Below the pieces are notes generated by a model. It did not search any database. It worked only from the letters and a program-made list of their open reading frames with translations, and was not told the DNA's origin. From IMG/VR virus record IMGVR_UViG_3300022915_000008, positions 1 through 27,475 of that record: a DNA stretch of 27,475 bases. One strand, written 5' to 3'. Below are positions 1-8,822 of the stretch, one piece after another. The stretch's first letter is position 1; the number at the start of each line of letters is the position of its first letter. Source of the stretch: a virus. Its lineage: Duplodnaviria; Caudoviricetes. Position numbers and translations under genes: made by a program.

Positions 1-44
1 GTGCGCAGACGCGATCCGGTAAAGCCTCGCGCGCGGTAAGAGAG

Positions 45-590
45 GTGAAGGACGACGACCCGCCCGGCTGGCACGTGCGGGAGAAGACGGACACCGGGTA
101 CCCGGTGATGGGCTCCTCCCCGGCGGAGCGGGCTGACGCGGAGGAACGCAAGGCGCGATCGCGGGCTGAGGCGATGCGGGACCACCCGTTCGAGGGGGAC
201 GGGCAGTACTGCGCGGCGATGATCGGCGGTAAGGGCAGCGGCGACCCGGCGACCACGGGCGTGGTCACGATGTCGGTCGGGTGCGGGTACCGGCGTGAGC
301 ACCACCCGGCGCCGGTCGTCCCGTGCGTCAATCCGTCGCACATACACAGCGAGGTGGCCCCGGAGAGCGAATGCCGGACGCCGGACCCGTACGGGGAGGG
401 GTCCCGGGAGGCGCTTAAGGCCGTGCTGGCGCAGATGGAGCAGAGGGCTTCGGATTACGAGGAGGCCTCTCGGGAGGACTGGGCCCGGAGGTGTGTCAGG
501 GGAGCGGGCAAGGACTGGGCGACCCACTTCGCCAAGTACGACGGCACCGTGATCCGGCGCGGCATCGGGAGTGAGTGGGAGGACATCTGA
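45..590 (+). CDS. hypothetical phage protein with Cys/His motifs
   Basis: ORF with upstream AGAGAG purine tract; the stop overlaps the next ATG (TGATG); contains DHPF..C and CGYRREHH motifs. Confidence 0.65.
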   Translation: MKDDDPPGWHVREKTDTGYPVMGSSPAERADAEERKARSRAEAMRDHPFEGDGQYCAAMIGGKGSGDPATTGVVTMSVGCGYRREHHPAPVVPCVNPSHIHSEVAPESECRTPDPYGEGSREALKAVLAQMEQRASDYEEASREDWARRCVRGAGKDWATHFAKYDGTVIRRGIGSEWEDI

Positions 591-1018
591 TGACGAGGGG
601 GATGGGCCGGGGGTGGCACGGGGCGCCCACGGGCGCGCTCTCGCGGACCTGCCCGGTGTGCGGTGTGGGCCCGGGGTTCCGGTGCCTGACCGGCAGGGGC
701 GGGTACGGGGCGCTGATCCCGATGGACTCGTTCCACCCCGAGCGTCGCAGTCAGCGCTCCGGGACGGGGTATGACGTGGTGTGCCCGGAGTGTGGGGTGG
801 CGCCCGGTCACAAGTGCAGGCGCCGGATCACGACGATCGCGAACAAGACCGTGACGATGCCGGACCCGCACCCCGCTCGGCTGGCCCTGTCGGCCGGATC
901 GGTTGAAGGTTCAAGCGATGACGGGGACGACTGTCAGGTTGTCTCTCCCCTGTTCTCCCTGGTCAACCGGCCTTTTGCCTGCCCTGAGACCCGGCCGCCG
1001 AGATGTCTTAATGGCTAA
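590..1018 (+). CDS. phage zinc-finger protein with two CPxCG..PG..C...HPxR repeats
   Basis: Tandem motifs CPVCGVGPGFRC...FHPERR and CPECGVAPGHKC...PHPARL. ATG at 590 is coupled to the upstream TGA, with GGGAGG just upstream. Confidence 0.75.
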   Translation: MTRGMGRGWHGAPTGALSRTCPVCGVGPGFRCLTGRGGYGALIPMDSFHPERRSQRSGTGYDVVCPECGVAPGHKCRRRITTIANKTVTMPDPHPARLALSAGSVEGSSDDGDDCQVVSPLFSLVNRPFACPETRPPRCLNG

Positions 1019-1370
1019 GGTAACAGGCATGCCTGGGATGTGAGTTAGATGTCCCCGCATATATACCTAAACCTCAAGTGAAGGTTGAGGGTTGTGGGGG
1101 ATGTGTCCCGGTATACAACGGGTGTGTCCGAGTTGCTCGTATTTCAAAACGGACAAAATGGGTCCCCCCACGCTGACTTTGAAGCTATGCAGGTCAGCGT
1201 GGGTCTCAAGGGAGGAAGGAACTGGTTTCTCCCCAGTCCTTGGAAAAACTCCCCTTGAGGTAACGCATCACGCAGACGCGTTACCGCGTGATACGCGTAT
1301 AGAGCGCGGGGCTCCAAAACTAGCCCCTTCTAGGATCGAGGTCCCCCCGATGACGCGTTACCTCTGGGTG
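1019..1370. other. AT-enriched non-coding region, possible replication origin or control region
   Basis: No convincing ORF. Contains the inverted pair GGTAACGC(1259-1266)/GCGTTACC(1278-1285), a third copy at 1355-1362, the palindrome ATACGCGTAT (1291-1300) and A/T tracts. Confidence 0.4.
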
Positions 1371-1382
1371 TAAGCTGGTGGC

Positions 1383-1664
1383 ATGTCGAGTGACACTGGG
1401 TTGAAGCCCCGGAAGCTGGCCGACCTGACGCCCGAGAACCTGCGCGCGTTGATCGAGGACATCGGCGGACCCGGTACCTACACAAGCGCGGAGTTGTACC
1501 GCTGGTACGTGGCGATGGCGAAGGAGGATGACCTGGAACCCGTCACCCACCGGAAGTTCGGCGGCGTGCTGACAGAGCTTGGATACAAGCGGCTGACCCG
1601 CGTCATCGACGGGCACCGTGTCCGGTGCTGGTTCATCACCCGTCGCGCTACCCGGGTCTCCTGA
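1383..1664 (+). CDS. stand-alone winged-helix protein resembling the C-terminal (RFX-like) domain of D5/P4-alpha primase-helicases
   Basis: Pattern SAELYRWY...EPVTHRKFGGVLTELGYKR...CWFI. TAAGCT sits 6 nt before the ATG (leaderless). Confidence 0.7.
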   Translation: MSSDTGLKPRKLADLTPENLRALIEDIGGPGTYTSAELYRWYVAMAKEDDLEPVTHRKFGGVLTELGYKRLTRVIDGHRVRCWFITRRATRVS

Positions 1665-1939
1665 TGGGGCGCGCGGTGTGGCGGCCCCTGTCGTCTCCTC
1701 CCCCTCCCCTATCGCCTCAGGTGCTGGCCGACGTCAAGGCCGCGTTCGAAGGGCTACGACCCGGGACGCATCACCCGGCGTCCGACCTCTACCGCAGGTA
1801 CAAGCTGGCGATGGAGCGGCAGGGGCGTGAGCCGGTACACCAGATGAGGTTCGGCAAGATGCTGATCGAGTTCGGAGCGCTCCGTAAGGCGAAGTGGGAC
1901 TCGGACCTGGGGTACATGGTCAGCGGATGGATCATCTGA
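1664..1939 (+). CDS. second stand-alone D5/RFX-like winged-helix protein (paralog of the upstream gene)
   Basis: ASDLYRRY...EPVHQMRFGKMLIEFG...GWII aligns by eye with the upstream protein; TGATG coupling at 1662-1666. Confidence 0.7.
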   Translation: MGRAVWRPLSSPPPPLSPQVLADVKAAFEGLRPGTHHPASDLYRRYKLAMERQGREPVHQMRFGKMLIEFGALRKAKWDSDLGYMVSGWII

Positions 1940-1954
1940 CAGTGCAGTGTCAAC
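1937..1954. promoter_or_regulatory. copy of the repeated palindromic motif TGAC-N8-GTCAAC (no -10; putative operator)
   Basis: TGACAGTGCAGTGTCAAC begins at the stop codon; 20/22 identical to 15683-15704. Confidence 0.6.
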
Positions 1955-2000
1955 GTGGCACTGAGGCCCAGATGTCCCCTGTACCCGTACGATGACCCTC

Positions 2001-2312
2001 ATGACGATCCCCGTGTGGCTCCAGCTGTTGATCTACACGCTGGCCGTATCGCGGATCACCGGCCTGGTCGTGTCCGACTCGATCACCGAACCTGTGCGCG
2101 ACGCGCTGATCAACTGGCTGGACGACAGGCCCGCGACGCTGGGGTCGTTCGTCGCCGAGTTGATCCAGTGCCCGTGGTGCGCGGGGATGTGGGTGTCCCT
2201 GGTCGTCGCTCCCCTGGCCTGGTACTGGGGCGACTCGCCCATCATGCTGATCCCGGCCCTGGCCCTGGCATTCAGCCAGGTGACCGGCGCCATCTCGAAC
2301 CTGGGGAGGTAA
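2001..2312 (+). CDS. DUF1360-family membrane protein
   Basis: LAVSRITGLVVSDSITEPVR...ELIQCPWCAGMWV plus hydrophobic helices; lies immediately before the portal. TACGAT 7 nt upstream of ATG 2001 (alternative start 1992). Confidence 0.8.
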   Translation: MTIPVWLQLLIYTLAVSRITGLVVSDSITEPVRDALINWLDDRPATLGSFVAELIQCPWCAGMWVSLVVAPLAWYWGDSPIMLIPALALAFSQVTGAISNLGR

Positions 2313-2315
2313 CCG

Positions 2316-4238
2316 GTGGCCCTCCGGCGACGGCATGACCTGACGTACCGGCACGGTGTAGACCGGCCAGCTCTGAGCGCCGCGACCGCCGTGGTGGAGC
2401 TGGGCTCGGCCAGTTCGTGGAAGACCTGGAAGTTCGGCAACACCGAATGGCAGGTGGAGGGCTGGCGCCTCTACGACATCATCCCCGAGTTGCGGAAGCT
2501 CGCCGGACGCGTCGGTGACAGCCTGGCCCAGGCGCGCATGTACGTGGCCGAACTGGACGAGCGCGGCGAGGAGATCGGCGAGACCACCGACAAGCGCATC
2601 AGCGCACTGGCGGGCATCCCGCTCGGGGTCGGCAACGCCCGCGACGACATGCTCCGGCTGGCCGGAGTCGACCTGGCCGTGGGCGGTGAGTGCTGGATCG
2701 TCGGTGAGGGCGCGGCCACCTCCCCTGAGACGGCGATCGGCGCCTGGTTCGTGGTGACCGGCGCGGCCCTGAAGAAGCAGGGCGACGCGGTCAAGGTCCG
2801 TCGGCCCAAGGTGCTCGGCGGTGGCTCACTCACGCTGACCGATCAGGTGGACATCCTGATCCGGTGCTGGCGCCCGCACCCCAACGACACCGACCAGGCC
2901 GACTCGTTCACGCGCGCCGCGATCGTGCCGCTGCGTGAGATCGAGCTGCTGACCAAGCGCGAGTTCGCCGAACTGGACTCCCGCCTCACCGGCGCGGGCA
3001 TCCTGTTCCTCCCCGAGGGCGTGGACTTCCCCCGCGAGGAGAGCGACCCGGCAGGCCTGGCCGGGTTCATGGCCTACCTCCAGCGCGCCGCTGCCGCATC
3101 GCTGACGGATCAGTCGCGCGCTTCCTCGATGGTGCCGCTCATGGCGACGCTGCCCGCCGAGATGATGGAGCATCTCGACAAGATCAAGCCGCTGACGTTC
3201 TGGTCCGAACTGTCGGCGGAGATTACGCCGATGAAGGACAAGGCGATCGCGCGCCTTGCGTCCTCGGTGGAGATCCCGGCCGAGGTGCTGACCGGCATCT
3301 CGGACGCGAACCACTGGACGGCATGGCTCATCTCCGAAGAGGGCATCCGCTGGATCCGGGGATACCTGGGCCTGGTGGCCGACGCGCTGACGCGCGGGTT
3401 CCTTCAGCTGGCGCTGGCCTCGATGGGCATCGCCAACCCGGAGCGGTACGCGTTCGCGTTCGACACGTCCACGCTGGCGGCCAAGCCGAACCGGCTGGAG
3501 GAGGCACTCCAGCTGCACGACCGGTTCCTGATCAGTGACGAGGAGACCGTCAAGGCGGGCGCGTTCGACCCGGAGCAGATGCCCAGCGTGCGGGAGCGCG
3601 CCGCACAGATCCTGCTGAAGCTGGTCCAGACCCAGCCCGACCTGATCCTGGACCCGGCGATTCAGACCGCGCTCGGCCTGCCTCAGGTCAAGTCGGTCGG
3701 TCTGCCCGCGACTGCCGACCAGAACGCGGACGGCGACGACCCGGAAGACGCTGAGAGCGACGACAGCCCGCCGAATGGCGGCACCGCGCCTGAGCTACCG
3801 GCTAACGAGGCTCGGGCGCTCACGGACCGTCTCAGCGCCCGCATCGAGGCGTTGACGATGGCGCCCGCCCCGTTGCCCTCCCCGGAGCGGGTCTTCAACG
3901 CCGCGTGCAAGCTCGCGGTGTACCGCGCGCTGGAGCTCGCCGGTGGTCGGCTGGCCACACCGCAGGAGCGGCGCGGCCGGTGGTCCGAGGTGCCCCGGCA
4001 CGAGCTCCATCACTGGGTCGGCCCGATCACCGCCGAGAAGGCGGCCAAGGTGACCGAGGGCGCATGGACGCATCTCGGTGTGCTGGCTACCGACCTCGGG
4101 GTGGATCAGGGTGATCTGCACCGGCTGTTGTCCGGATACGTGTCCGAACTGTTGACCAGGGGTGTCCGGCACCACGACGACCTGTTGTACGCCGCGCTGA
4201 GCATCGCTCACCAGGGGAGAGGGCTGGTGCCCGCATGA
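2316..4238 (+). CDS. portal protein
   Basis: 640 aa; motifs WQVEGWRLYDIIPELR, VGGECWI, RCWRPHP, SRLTGAGILFLPE and ANHWTAW typical of cluster-B-like actinophage portals; GGGAGG RBS; first large gene of the head module. Confidence 0.88.
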   Translation: MALRRRHDLTYRHGVDRPALSAATAVVELGSASSWKTWKFGNTEWQVEGWRLYDIIPELRKLAGRVGDSLAQARMYVAELDERGEEIGETTDKRISALAGIPLGVGNARDDMLRLAGVDLAVGGECWIVGEGAATSPETAIGAWFVVTGAALKKQGDAVKVRRPKVLGGGSLTLTDQVDILIRCWRPHPNDTDQADSFTRAAIVPLREIELLTKREFAELDSRLTGAGILFLPEGVDFPREESDPAGLAGFMAYLQRAAAASLTDQSRASSMVPLMATLPAEMMEHLDKIKPLTFWSELSAEITPMKDKAIARLASSVEIPAEVLTGISDANHWTAWLISEEGIRWIRGYLGLVADALTRGFLQLALASMGIANPERYAFAFDTSTLAAKPNRLEEALQLHDRFLISDEETVKAGAFDPEQMPSVRERAAQILLKLVQTQPDLILDPAIQTALGLPQVKSVGLPATADQNADGDDPEDAESDDSPPNGGTAPELPANEARALTDRLSARIEALTMAPAPLPSPERVFNAACKLAVYRALELAGGRLATPQERRGRWSEVPRHELHHWVGPITAEKAAKVTEGAWTHLGVLATDLGVDQGDLHRLLSGYVSELLTRGVRHHDDLLYAALSIAHQGRGLVPA

Positions 4239-4371
4239 GGATGCTCGCGTTGTCCGGCCAGTTGCACGCGAACCGTGGCCCGTTCGTCGGTGGCCTGTCG
4301 ATCCGCCCCGCGCGCTCGCGCCGGATCGGCCGGGCCCGTGAGCGCGCCGCGTGGCGCCGGGAGGTGGCTCG

Positions 4372-4461
4372 ATGACGCTCCGGTTGGTCGCGTGGTTCGG
4401 CTCCTACGTCCTGCTCTGGGCGTCCTTCTCCGCATACGCCACGGTGGTGATGAGCCGATGA
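4372..4461 (+). CDS. small membrane peptide (29 aa, MTLRLVAWFGSYVLLWASFSAYATVVMSR)
   Basis: GGGAGG RBS, a single hydrophobic helix, and ATGA overlap with the next gene; too short for the ORF track. Confidence 0.5.
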   Translation: MTLRLVAWFGSYVLLWASFSAYATVVMSR

Positions 4462-4646
4462 GGCTGCGCACGGGCCGGAAGAATCCCCGGAACCTGTACC
4501 TCCAGACCGGTGACGTGCCGTCGGACGACGACGTGTGCCTGGGCCTGCTGATCGATCCTGAGGTGGCGGTCGCCCTGACTTCGATCACCATCAGCGCTGA
4601 TGACGCCGACCTGATCGAGTCGGCGTTGACGAGGGCCGGGCGATGA
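4458..4646 (+). CDS. small hypothetical phage protein (62 aa, MRLRTGRKNPRNLYLQ...)
   Basis: ATGA overlaps at both ends; C-terminal part of track ORF 4275..4646. Confidence 0.65.
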   Translation: MRLRTGRKNPRNLYLQTGDVPSDDDVCLGLLIDPEVAVALTSITISADDADLIESALTRAGR

Positions 4647-5461
4647 CCGGCGCATGGGATGGGCGCGGGGACGATCCCTGGCTCCCCGAGCGGCTGGCCG
4701 CTGCCGCCGAGGTGAGCGAGACCGAACGTGCGATCCGGCAGGCCTACTGGGCGCAGCTGTCCGGCTGGCTGGTCGAGACCGGCCGCGCGGTGCTGCGCGG
4801 GGACCGGCCGAACCCTGACGCCGTATGGGCGCGCGTACCGGCGTGGCACGCGGCGGTCGAGCTGATCGTGCGAGGAGAGATTCGCAAGGCCCTGGGCCTG
4901 GCGTTCCGCCGGTTGTTCGGTTCCGGGTACCGGTGGGATCAGCGCGCCTCGATGGTCGCCTACCTGACCGAGGTACGTAACCGGCTGGTCCGTCTGCCGG
5001 AGGACGTGTTCGATCTGGTGGCCGGTCAGGTGTCGGTCGGCGTGAACCTGGGTGAGTCGATCCCTCAGCTGCGCGACCGCATTGACGCGATCCTGTCAAT
5101 CACCGGGTCGGAACGCTGGCCGAACCGGGCGACCGTGGTGGCGCGGACCGAGACGATCGGCGCGCTGAACGCCGGTCGCAACGACGCTTTCAGCGCGATC
5201 GGGGAGGAAGACCCGGATACCGAGTACGAGCGCATCTGGCTTTCGACTTCGGACGACAGGACCCGCGAGACACACGCGGTCGCCGACGGACAGCGGGTAC
5301 CGCTCGGTTCGCCGTTCATCGTGGGCGGCTTCGCGCTGATGTTCCCCGGTGACCCGTCGGGTCCTCCCCAAGAGGTGATCCAGTGCCGGTGCGTTCCGTT
5401 ACTGGTTGAACGCGGAGAGTCAATCGACATGAGCAACCGTCAGTTCCGGCGCGGCCGGTAA
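4643..5461 (+). CDS. MuF/SPP1 gp7-like head morphogenesis (minor capsid) protein
   Basis: RATVVARTET...W..TSDDRTRETH..ADGQ...F.VGG..LMFPGDPSGPPQEVIQCRC signature. Confidence 0.92.
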   Translation: MTGAWDGRGDDPWLPERLAAAAEVSETERAIRQAYWAQLSGWLVETGRAVLRGDRPNPDAVWARVPAWHAAVELIVRGEIRKALGLAFRRLFGSGYRWDQRASMVAYLTEVRNRLVRLPEDVFDLVAGQVSVGVNLGESIPQLRDRIDAILSITGSERWPNRATVVARTETIGALNAGRNDAFSAIGEEDPDTEYERIWLSTSDDRTRETHAVADGQRVPLGSPFIVGGFALMFPGDPSGPPQEVIQCRCVPLLVERGESIDMSNRQFRRGR

Positions 5462-5482
5462 CCTGGCCAGAGGGAGGAAGTC

Positions 5483-6916
5483 ATGCCTGGTACGAGGTTC
5501 CGGACGTTGCTGGCACCGATCAACGCCAGCACCGGCGACGGACGACGGTTCGCGTCCGGCGGTATCACGATGGACGACATGCCGATGCCGTTCGAGTGGG
5601 CGCGCACCCGGGAGGGCGGCCACGACGGTGCCGTCGCGGTGGGCGCGATCCAGGAAGCCGCCGTGATGACGATCGCCGACGCGGTCGCCGACGGATGGAT
5701 CGGCGCGGACGCGGTCAAGGGGATGGACGCCACGTCCGAAGCCGTGTTCGGCCGGGGTGTGATGTTCGACGACGCCGACCGGGAGAAGATGCCCCGGCTG
5801 GCCGAGGACGTGGCCGAAGCCATGCACCTGATGACCGGCGGCACCCTGGGCCCCAGCGTGGACCTGGATTCGTTCGAGGCCACCCCGGTCATGGCGGGCT
5901 CCGATGAGCCGCTCAACTGGGAGATGGTCGAGCAGTACATGGAGCAGAACGACGGGGCCGAGCCCGCGATCGAACTCCTGATCACCCAGGGGCGGGTGCG
6001 CGCGGCCACGCTGGTGACGATCCCCGCGTTCTCCGAGACGTCCCGGCCGCTGGAGCTGCTCCCCGATGAGGAGAGTGACGAGCAGGCCGACGACACCGAG
6101 CGCGCGGCCCGGACCGTCGCGTTGATCGCCAGCGTCTCCGGTGGCCGACCGGCGCCGAGTATCGGCGCGTTCGCACTGCCTGAGCTGGCCGGTCCTACCG
6201 CGATCACCTGGGACTGGGAGAACGGCCGGGTGTTCGGCCACGTCGCCACCTGGGCCACATGTCACGTCGGGTACGAGGGCGTGTGTGTGACTCCTCCCCG
6301 GGAGGACGACACTTACGCCTGGTTCAACCGGTACACCGTGGAGACCGCCGACGGCGGACCGATCGGCGCCGGGCGGATCACCGTGGGCGGAAGGCATGCC
6401 GCCCTGTCGATGTCGGCTAGTTCCGCGATGAACGCCTACGACGACAAGACGGTCGCCGCGCACGTACGCGCGTACGCCGACGCGTACGGCATCGTCGTGG
6501 CCGGAGTGATCGAGCCGGGCCTGACTGGCGGGGAGCGCGCGGTGCTGGAGCGCCGGAAGATCTCCGGCGACTGGCGCGAGGTGGGTTCCAGCCTGTCGCT
6601 GGTGGAGGTGCTCGCCCTCTCCCCCGGTCCGCGTGCTCATTCCGAGCCTGGCTTCCCGGTGGTCGAGACTCACTCGGTCCGGGGCCGTCAGGTCGCGCTG
6701 ACCGCGTCGCTGGGCCCGGACCCGGCGACCGCCACGTTCAGGGTCGGCGAGGCGCTGGACGTCGCGGCGATCGTCCGGCAGACGCTGGCGGCCGAGCGGG
6801 ACGAACAGGCGCGCCTGTCCGCGCGGGCTCAGCTGGAGGCTACGGTGGAGGCCGACGACGTGAAGGCGGCCGACGACGCGCACCGCGCGCTGACCGCCAT
6901 GCTGGGGGAGGGCTGA
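5483..6916 (+). CDS. capsid maturation protease
   Basis: STGDGRRF, GGHDGAVAVG, RAATLVTIPAF, GRVFGHVATW..CH and ISGDWR motifs; position after MuF; GGGAGG RBS. Confidence 0.8.
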   Translation: MPGTRFRTLLAPINASTGDGRRFASGGITMDDMPMPFEWARTREGGHDGAVAVGAIQEAAVMTIADAVADGWIGADAVKGMDATSEAVFGRGVMFDDADREKMPRLAEDVAEAMHLMTGGTLGPSVDLDSFEATPVMAGSDEPLNWEMVEQYMEQNDGAEPAIELLITQGRVRAATLVTIPAFSETSRPLELLPDEESDEQADDTERAARTVALIASVSGGRPAPSIGAFALPELAGPTAITWDWENGRVFGHVATWATCHVGYEGVCVTPPREDDTYAWFNRYTVETADGGPIGAGRITVGGRHAALSMSASSAMNAYDDKTVAAHVRAYADAYGIVVAGVIEPGLTGGERAVLERRKISGDWREVGSSLSLVEVLALSPGPRAHSEPGFPVVETHSVRGRQVALTASLGPDPATATFRVGEALDVAAIVRQTLAAERDEQARLSARAQLEATVEADDVKAADDAHRALTAMLGEG

Positions 6917-6917
6917 C

Positions 6918-7064
6918 ATGGCGTGTGCCTGTAAGAACAAGGGCAAACGTGAGCGGTACACGGTGACCCTGCCGGGTGGTCTGAGCATCACCAAGAGCAG
7001 CGAGGCTGAGGCGAAGTCGTTCTCGGCCAAGCACCCGGGGTCCAAGGTGGTCAAGGCGTCCTGA
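6918..7064 (+). CDS. small basic CxC protein (48 aa, MACACKNKGKRERYTV...)
   Basis: ATG 1 nt after the protease stop, GGGGAGGG RBS, high-GC3 codons. Small N-terminal CxC genes are commonly seen after this protease type. Confidence 0.75.
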   Translation: MACACKNKGKRERYTVTLPGGLSITKSSEAEAKSFSAKHPGSKVVKAS

Positions 7065-7131
7065 CCCGTTCGCGGGTCGGGTGCCCCGGGTTGAGGGGAC
7101 ATCCGCGAGAGCGGAGACCTGGGGATGCGGA

Positions 7132-7163
7132 GAAGGCCCGGACCCTGATGGGTCCGGGCCTTC
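7132..7163. terminator. hairpin terminator between convergent genes
   Basis: GAAGGCCCGGACCC-TGAT-GGGTCCGGGCCTTC perfect 14-bp stem. Confidence 0.8.
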
Positions 7164-7170
7164 CGTGTGC

Positions 7171-7389
7171 TCAGACGTAGGTCTCCACGGGCGTAGGGGT
7201 CCATCCGTCCCCAACCGGAGTCGCCTTCCAGCCACCGGCGGGTAGGACGGTGATGCCTACCGGGTGCGCCTCTTTGCAGAGTCCCGGGTGGCCGCCGAAC
7301 TCAGCGGCCGGGCAGGGTAGCGATATGTCGCCGCGCGCCGCGTGGAACTGCTGGGACCACTTGCTCTGGTGTGCGTTGCCGTTGTTCAT
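7171..7389 (-). CDS. hypothetical protein (72 aa), probably leaderless
   Basis: ATG lies 7 nt below the TAATGT -10; ends at a terminator. Confidence 0.7.
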   Translation of the reverse strand: MNNGNAHQSKWSQQFHAARGDISLPCPAAEFGGHPGLCKEAHPVGITVLPAGGWKATPVGDGWTPTPVETYV

Positions 7390-7396
7390 GAGAGCT

Positions 7397-7425
7397 ACAT
7401 TACAGGCTTGACTGTGAAGTGTCAA
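7397..7425 (-). promoter_or_regulatory. primary-sigma promoter within the repeated motif
   Basis: TTGACA(7425-7420)-17 nt-TAATGT(7402-7397). Confidence 0.85.
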
Positions 7426-7433
7426 TCTCCTGA

Positions 7434-7607
7434 TCAGAGCGGGTACTCAGTGCCGTCGGTGGCGTGCGACCGGCCCATCTTGCGACCATTGATCGAGCCG
7501 TCCGGCCTGACCTTGGCGCGCGCTTCCTTGTCGAACCGGTCCTCTACCTTCTGGCTGTAGTCGTCCAGTTCGTCATTGCCTCGCTTGCGATCCGGCTCCC
7601 GGGTCAT
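7434..7607 (-). CDS. hypothetical protein (57 aa)
   Basis: ATGA overlap with the upstream gene, GGAGG RBS. Confidence 0.65.
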   Translation of the reverse strand: MTREPDRKRGNDELDDYSQKVEDRFDKEARAKVRPDGSINGRKMGRSHATDGTEYPL

Positions 7608-8053
7608 GACTGGTCCTCCGTCTCCAGCGGCGCCAGCGGGTCTCCGCATTGCCACCACTGGGTGTATTCGACCAGCGGGTTACCGGTCGGGATGTGGAGT
7701 TGCTCCCACAGATGTGGATCGTGCTCTTCCCGCTGGTCACACGGCTTACGAGGGAAGGTCGGCCGCACCTCGCGGATCAAGTGCCGGTAGTCCTTCTGCC
7801 ACACGTACCGTTCCTCAGCCCCTCCGCCGATCACCGCGCGCCACTCGAACGGCACGTGGTACCAGCCGGTCAGCAGGTAGTCCGGGACGAACCCGGTGGT
7901 GCCGGTGTTCCCGCCGAACGCCTCCAGCGAGATGTTGGTTCCGCGCCACCCGGAGGTGCCCCAGCGCGGGTCCTTGTCGACCCGCTCGGTCACCCTCAGC
8001 GCGCTGGACCCGTTGGTGATCGTGGACCCGACCTGGACCGCCAGCGTGGTCAT
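7604..8053 (-). CDS. hypothetical protein (149 aa)
   Basis: 4-bp overlaps at both ends; globular Trp-rich sequence. Confidence 0.7.
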   Translation of the reverse strand: MTTLAVQVGSTITNGSSALRVTERVDKDPRWGTSGWRGTNISLEAFGGNTGTTGFVPDYLLTGWYHVPFEWRAVIGGGAEERYVWQKDYRHLIREVRPTFPRKPCDQREEHDPHLWEQLHIPTGNPLVEYTQWWQCGDPLAPLETEDQS

Positions 8054-8319
8054 CGGGACTCACTCTCCACCGGAACGCGGACGTACACCTGATGCTCGAT
8101 GAACGAGCTGTCCGCCGGGTACTCGACAACCGCACCATCAGGCGTGTGCACCAACCAGTTACACCGGATGAAGCGTTCGTCCTCCTGTCGCCGGGCGGCC
8201 AGTACCTCCCCGATCACCCGGGCCAGGTCCGGGCGCTGGCGGTGGGCGTCATACCCCATCTCCACTAGAACGTCTCCCGGCTCGATCTCGCTGGGGACCA
8301 TTGCTGCCAGTCGCTTCAT
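8050..8319 (-). CDS. hypothetical protein (89 aa, MKRLAAMVPSEIEPGDVLV...)
   Basis: TGATG coupling to the upstream gene; C-terminal half of track ORF 8050..8592. Confidence 0.65.
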   Translation of the reverse strand: MKRLAAMVPSEIEPGDVLVEMGYDAHRQRPDLARVIGEVLAARRQEDERFIRCNWLVHTPDGAVVEYPADSSFIEHQVYVRVPVESESR

Positions 8320-8573
8320 CAGACCTCGATCTCCCGTCCGGACGGGTCGGAACACCAGTACCGGTAGTCCGACACCGGGTGACTGCCGACCACCTGGCCC
8401 TTGTCGTTGTAGATGTACTCGATGTGCGTGCCGACGTAGGACTGGACGACGCGCCCACCTGCGTCCTTGCACGCGTTCTCCCACGCGTGCATCTCGACGG
8501 CGACCCAGACGATGACTCCGACGGTCGCCGCGATCATCGCGGCGGTAGCGCCCCCAACCCATCCATCCCGCAT
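8319..8573 (-). CDS. small membrane-anchored protein (84 aa)
   Basis: N-terminal TM helix, then C..AGG and a distal Cys; AAGGGGAG RBS. Confidence 0.7.
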   Translation of the reverse strand: MRDGWVGGATAAMIAATVGVIVWVAVEMHAWENACKDAGGRVVQSYVGTHIEYIYNDKGQVVGSHPVSDYRYWCSDPSGREIEV

Positions 8574-8780
8574 CTCGCTCCCCTTCTCTCACTTCAACGT
8601 CTTACCTGCGAGGTTACCATGCATCGGACCAGATGGGGTACCGTCGATTCATCTGGGCAACGCGGCCCCTGTCTGGCCGCCGTACCTCGGAGCCCGCCAG
8701 CCCCCATTGGCAGGTGATCCCGGGGAACGTGTCCGCGCGGGGAAGACCCGGTGCACGGCCGACCGGACCGGCACCCAGAC

Positions 8781-8818
8781 GAGAAGGCCCAGGGCTCCCA
8801 GCGCCCTGGGCCTTCCTC
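8781..8818. terminator. hairpin terminator
   Basis: GAAGGCCCAGGGC...GCCCTGGGCCTTC directly after the stop of 8823..9059. Confidence 0.75.
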
Positions 8819-8822
8819 GTGC

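Noticed and set aside
1092-1373. 93-aa ORF in the AT-rich region
   Set aside because: TTG start without RBS, atypical codon usage, and it overlaps the regulatory palindromes and the -10 of the next gene.
4235-4341. Short ORF coupled to the portal stop (MRMLALSGQL...)
   Set aside because: About 35 Arg-rich codons with no recognisable features; possible but unsupported.
5420-7204. 594-aa minus-strand ORF
   Set aside because: Antisense shadow of the high-GC3 protease gene; no start signals; Arg/Gly/His-rich nonsense composition.
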